Origin: Azolla caroliniana
Lineage: Eukaryota; Plantae; Polypodiophyta
Direction: 5' to 3'
NCBI GenBank assembly: GCA_043228905.1
Contig: JBHGNT010001368.1
Span: 1-9,346, forward strand
DNA length: 9,346 nucleotides
In this document: positions 5,792-9,346 of the stretch, in pieces
Numbering within the stretch: the stretch's first letter is position 1
Layout: each line of letters starts with the position of its first letter
Notes under the pieces: model-generated
The model's database searches: none
What the model was told of the DNA's origin: nothing
What the model saw: the letters and a program-made list of their open reading frames with translations, nothing else
Translations under genes and position numbers: made by a program

Positions 5792-6829
5792 ATGTCTGGC
5801 TCCGTCGACAACCTAAACCAAATCATGACAGCCTTGCAACAACTTGAGCTAGAGAATGAAATCCTTCGGGAATCATTATGAGAGTTGCAATCTGGCACTT
5901 CAAGAAATCCACCACCCGCCGAGTCACAACCATCGTCGGCACCGAGCCCGACCACGTCCTCTTCCCATCCATATGTCCTCGAGCCAAATATCAGCCTACC
6001 AGACAAATTCAACGGCACAAGGGCTTATCTTCACGGTTTCATCAACCAAATTCGGCTTATGATCCGGTTACAACCCCAACTGTATGCTAGCGACTTTTCT
6101 CAGGTTGGGCTTGTTGGCATTCTTCTCTCCGGGTCGGCGCAAGTGTGGTTTTCACCCTTGATCATGACGTCATCCCCTCTCTTAGAAAACTTCACCGCTT
6201 TCATTGAGGAGCTCGAAGCGACATGTGGCGAGACAAATCGGCGACGAATGACACTCACAAAGCTTTATTCTTTCCAACAAGGCTCACGTCCATACTCGGT
6301 CTACGCCTCAGAGTTCCATCAGATTGCATGCGATGTTAGTTGGGATGACCAAGACCTATTCAACCATTTCCATCGCGGCCTCCGAAATGACGTCAAGACC
6401 CTTCACTTAAAATTCCCGAAGCCCACATCATTGTCTCAAGTATTCTCCCAAGCTGTCCAGTGTGACAATCGTCTCTTCGAGCTTTGTCAAGAAGAAAGGG
6501 GGACTCGCGGGTCTCAACCTTCTTCTCGAAATGCATCAATCGCTAGGCCCTACTTGTCTCCCACGCCAACCTTACCATCACCCAGCAATACCGATACCAC
6601 GACGGAGGTCAATTTCCATACCCCGATGGAGATCGACCACACTTGGTTCCAACCACTAACTGAAGCCCAATGCCAACATCGTCGGGACAATGGAGTTTGT
6701 CTCTATTGTGGAGACCCCGGCCATGTCATCCACCACTGCCCGGTGCGGGGCCCGCAACACCAATTCCATCGTGCACGTCTAGCGGAGGTTCCTCGACAAC
6801 AAGAAAATGACCAAGTCTGGTTGCAGTAG
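5792..6829 (+). pseudogene. gag: gag of element C with one premature stop
   Basis: ATG at 5792 (MSGSVDNLNQIMTALQQLELENEILRESL*), TGA at 5879-5881, then in frame with the 314-aa ORF. Motifs are PDKFNG, a capsid-like region (QGSRPYSVYASEF...FHRGL), PMEID and the zinc knuckle CLYCGDPGHVIHHC at 6698-6739. Confidence 0.93.
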
Positions 6830-6843
6830 CCATGCCGCTGGAC
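6802..6843 (+). promoter_or_regulatory. Decayed -1 ribosomal frameshift signal (slippery site plus stem-loop)
   Basis: A_GAA_AAT at 6802-6808 (inferred ancestor G_GAA_AAC), a 6-nt spacer, then the stem GTCTGGTTGCA/TGCCGCTGGAC. pol is in the -1 frame relative to gag. Confidence 0.65.
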
Positions 6844-8500
6844 GCTTCTCGTTACTCACCTTCTCCATGCTCCTACAAGTTCGTTCCGCCATTAGGAGGG
6901 TTTTCTTTGCAAGTAAGTCTTTGTTTTGGTTCGACTTCCATAAATTCTCATGCCTTGCTCGATTCTGGAGCATCTACTTGCTTTATCGATAAATCGTTTG
7001 GCCGTGCACATAATATCCCCACCATCCGCACATCACAACCCATATCCGTTGAAGCGATCGACGATCGGGTTCTCTCTTCGGGGGCGGTTACCAAAGCCAT
7101 TATCCCATTGGTAGTTCAAGTCGGGGTGCACCAAGAAGAAGTCACATTCTACCTCATCGCAACTCCCCAACATCCGATTGTGTTAGGGCTATCTTGGTTG
7201 GTGACACACAATCCAACAATGGATTGGTGTAACCGCTCCACCACTTTTCCAATAACGCCAATTCCTACTAGGTCACGACACTCTCTTGATTCCATTGTGG
7301 TTGAGTCCAGTTTGGTCTCTACACTGGCCGTTGTGTCGGGGGATGTCACCGTTCCTGTCAACAATTTACCCATTCGATATAACGACTTTTTCGATGTCTT
7401 CGAAAAGTGGAATGTGGATCGGTTACTGGCTCATCGCCCCTACAATTGCCCAATCAAACTCCAAGTTGGTGAGCATCCCCCATTCAATCCTATCTATGGG
7501 TTATCTGAACCTGAGCTTGAGGCTCTCCGCACATATCTGGCTGAGAATCTTGCGATGGGCTTCATTCAACCCTCCAAATCACCGGCAGGGGCACCAATCT
7601 TATTTGTCAAAAAGAAGGTCGGCTTGACGACATCCTAGTTTTTTCTACCAATTGGGAGGAGCACACACACCACGTCTAGCTGGTCTCACCAACTCTGGGA
7701 ATATGGCCTCTTCGCCAAAAGTGAGAAATGTGAATTCAATAGGACCTCTATCGAATTCCTAGGTTACATGATCTCCCCTATCGGGATCAAAATGGATGAA
7801 CGCAAGGTAGCAGCAATCACTGATTGGCCTCTCCCGACTCGGCTGAAAGAGGTGCAATAATTTCTTGGTTTTGCAAATTTTTATAGACGATTTATAGACG
7901 TGTTCTCTTCCATAGTCCAACCTCTCATCCAGCTTACCCAAAAAGATACTCCATTTCTTTGGACCCCCGTAGCAAACAATGCTTTTAATGCCCTCAAAGC
8001 AGATTTTCTGTCCACCCCCGTGTTAGTCTACCCGACCCCACCCGCCCTTTCCAGGTTGAAACCGACGCCTCCGACTTTGCCATAGGTATGGTCTTGTCTC
8101 AACCCGATGACAATGGCACCCTGCATCTGGTCGCCTTCTACTCTCGGAAGTTTACAACCACGGAAATCAATTATCTGGTCTACAATAAGGAGCTTGGAGC
8201 TATCATCGCGGCCTTCGCCGAATGGTGACCTTATCTAGTTGGGGCCCAACATCGTATTCTGGTGGTGATCGACCACAAGAATCTCATCTACATCACCACC
8301 ACTCGTATGTTGAATCGACGGTAGGCTCGTTGGTCATCTTTTCTCGTCGACTACGACTTTAAACTCTTGTTTCGACCGGCGTACAACATGGGAAAGCGGA
8401 TGCTCTCTCGGCGACCCGACTTTGCACTATGCCCAAGTGACGACACATATTCTCAGCAATCACATTGTTTATTGCGGCCCAATCAACTCCACATGTTTGC
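6811..8500 (+). pseudogene. pol: pol of element C: aspartic protease, internally deleted RT, RNase H
   Basis: ALLDSGASTCFI (DSG at 6961-6969). PSKSPAGAPILFVKKK jumps to LDDILVFS at 7623. Further motifs are EKCEF...[49 protein letters not shown] and KADALSR, with several stops and frameshifts. Confidence 0.95.
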
Positions 8501-8812
8501 TGTGAGGAATAGCACGGAATATTGCTCGGCCACAACTGAGTCTTGAATCACTTTGTTTAAGGATCAAACACAGAAATGGGAATAGAGATGAATACTCGTA
8601 CACACACGAGTCGATAGAGAGTACACAGGATGTTTACGTGGAAAACCCTAATAGGGAAAAACCACGGGAGCCCATAGACTCCGAACTATCACTATATGAG
8701 AAAGGTACAATCAGAGACTCGGAGGCAATGACCTCGAGCTCTATTTCTTCGCCAAGCGACGGTTACAACTAAAACGGTTCTGTATCTCACTCTATCTCTC
8801 TCTCTCTCTCTC

Positions 8813-9209
8813 TCTCTTTGTCACTCGCTCTATACAACAATTATACATACAACAATATGACAACATTCTAGTAAAGTGATTGCCCTAATTCATATTTATA
8901 CTTATATGAACTTAGGGCTATTTACAAATATAGCCTCAATAGGCTTACTCAAAACATATTTACAAATGTCTTCTCTTCCAGTTCTCACCGGGTCCATCCG
9001 ATCCGGTTTCTGGATCGCTTCCGGTTCTCACCGGGTCGTAATCATTCATAACCGGATCTCTTTGTCACTCGCTCTATACAACAGTTATACATACAACAAT
9101 ATGACAACATTCTATTAAAGTGATTGCCCTAATTCATATTTATACATATATGAACTTAGGGCTATTTACAAATATAGCCTGAATAGGCTTACTCAAAACA
9201 TATTTACAA
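8813..9209. repeat. 153-bp direct repeat (8813-8965 and 9057-9209) covering the copia LTR core promoter
   Basis: Ungapped at offset 244 with 4 mismatches. Confidence 0.95.
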
Positions 9210-9345
9210 GGTGGATGGCACTTTGACTGTCGAACTAGAGCCAGTATTCCTCATGTTGGATCCCTAGCTCTCCGATGAAGTCCTTCATCTAGATTATCTC
9301 CTTGCCGGCTTGCACAATTGCCATTTACTCCGCCGCCGTGGTTGA
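9207..9345 (-). pseudogene. pol: Ty1/copia RNase H fragment
   Basis: STTAAE*MAIVQAGKEII*MKDFIGELGIQHEEYWL*FDSQSAIHL matches the copia STTEAEY...DSQSAIHLAKN signature, with three stops. Confidence 0.92.
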
Positions 9346-9346
9346 C

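Larger units (their letters stand above)
5346..8500 (+). mobile_element. Ty3/gypsy retrotransposon of the Tf1/sushi (Tcn1-like) type, element C; defective and interrupted at 8500
   Basis: LTR, gag with a CCHC knuckle, and pol in the -1 frame with PR-RT-RH order. There is no tRNA PBS but there is self-complementarity to the LTR. Integrase and any chromodomain are not in the window. Confidence 0.9.
8501..9346 (-). mobile_element. 3' end of a Ty1/copia element (family B relative, Tnt1/Tork-like) inserted into element C
   Basis: The LTR ends ...TTCCTCACA at 8501 on the minus strand and the candidate TSD is TTTGC (8496-8500). It has CCGTGGTTTTTCCC...GGGTTTTCCACGTAAA, a (TC)11 tract at 8795-8816 and minus-strand TATA boxes. 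A copia RNase H lies upstream. Confidence 0.9.

Noticed and set aside
7880-7900. TTTATAGACG twice, as a possible TSD or excision footprint
   Set aside because: It encodes the conserved RT motif FYRRFI in frame, so the repeat is coincidental.
8876-9118. 80-aa ORF similar to the N-terminus of the 2305-2742 ORF
   Set aside because: The similarity only reflects homologous non-coding LTR promoter sequence read antisense.

Overview
This window is eukaryotic and repeat-rich: a nest of decayed LTR retrotransposons with no recognisable host gene. The element types suggest a plant, plausibly a moss such as Physcomitrium, which is an inference only. (A) A minus-strand Ty3/gypsy-like family has TGTCGT...ACGACA LTRs, an 18-nt tRNA-Trp primer-binding site and a gag-like pseudogene with 57-aa acidic repeats. 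Its gag is split by a same-family solo LTR with a 4-bp TSD, and its leader holds a truncated copia LTR flanked by a ~150-bp duplication. (D) A minus-strand Ty3/gypsy integrase relic carries a partial tandem duplication. (C) A plus-strand Tf1/sushi/Tcn1-type element (LTR, gag, -1 frameshift signal, PR-RT-RH with a large RT deletion) appears to be self-priming. (B) The 3' end of a Ty1/copia element is inserted into C. The most notable signal is that the LTRs of families A and C, which share no other visible similarity, each carry a tRNA-like A-box/B-box cassette in U3, antisense to the element. All alignments and counts were made by eye.
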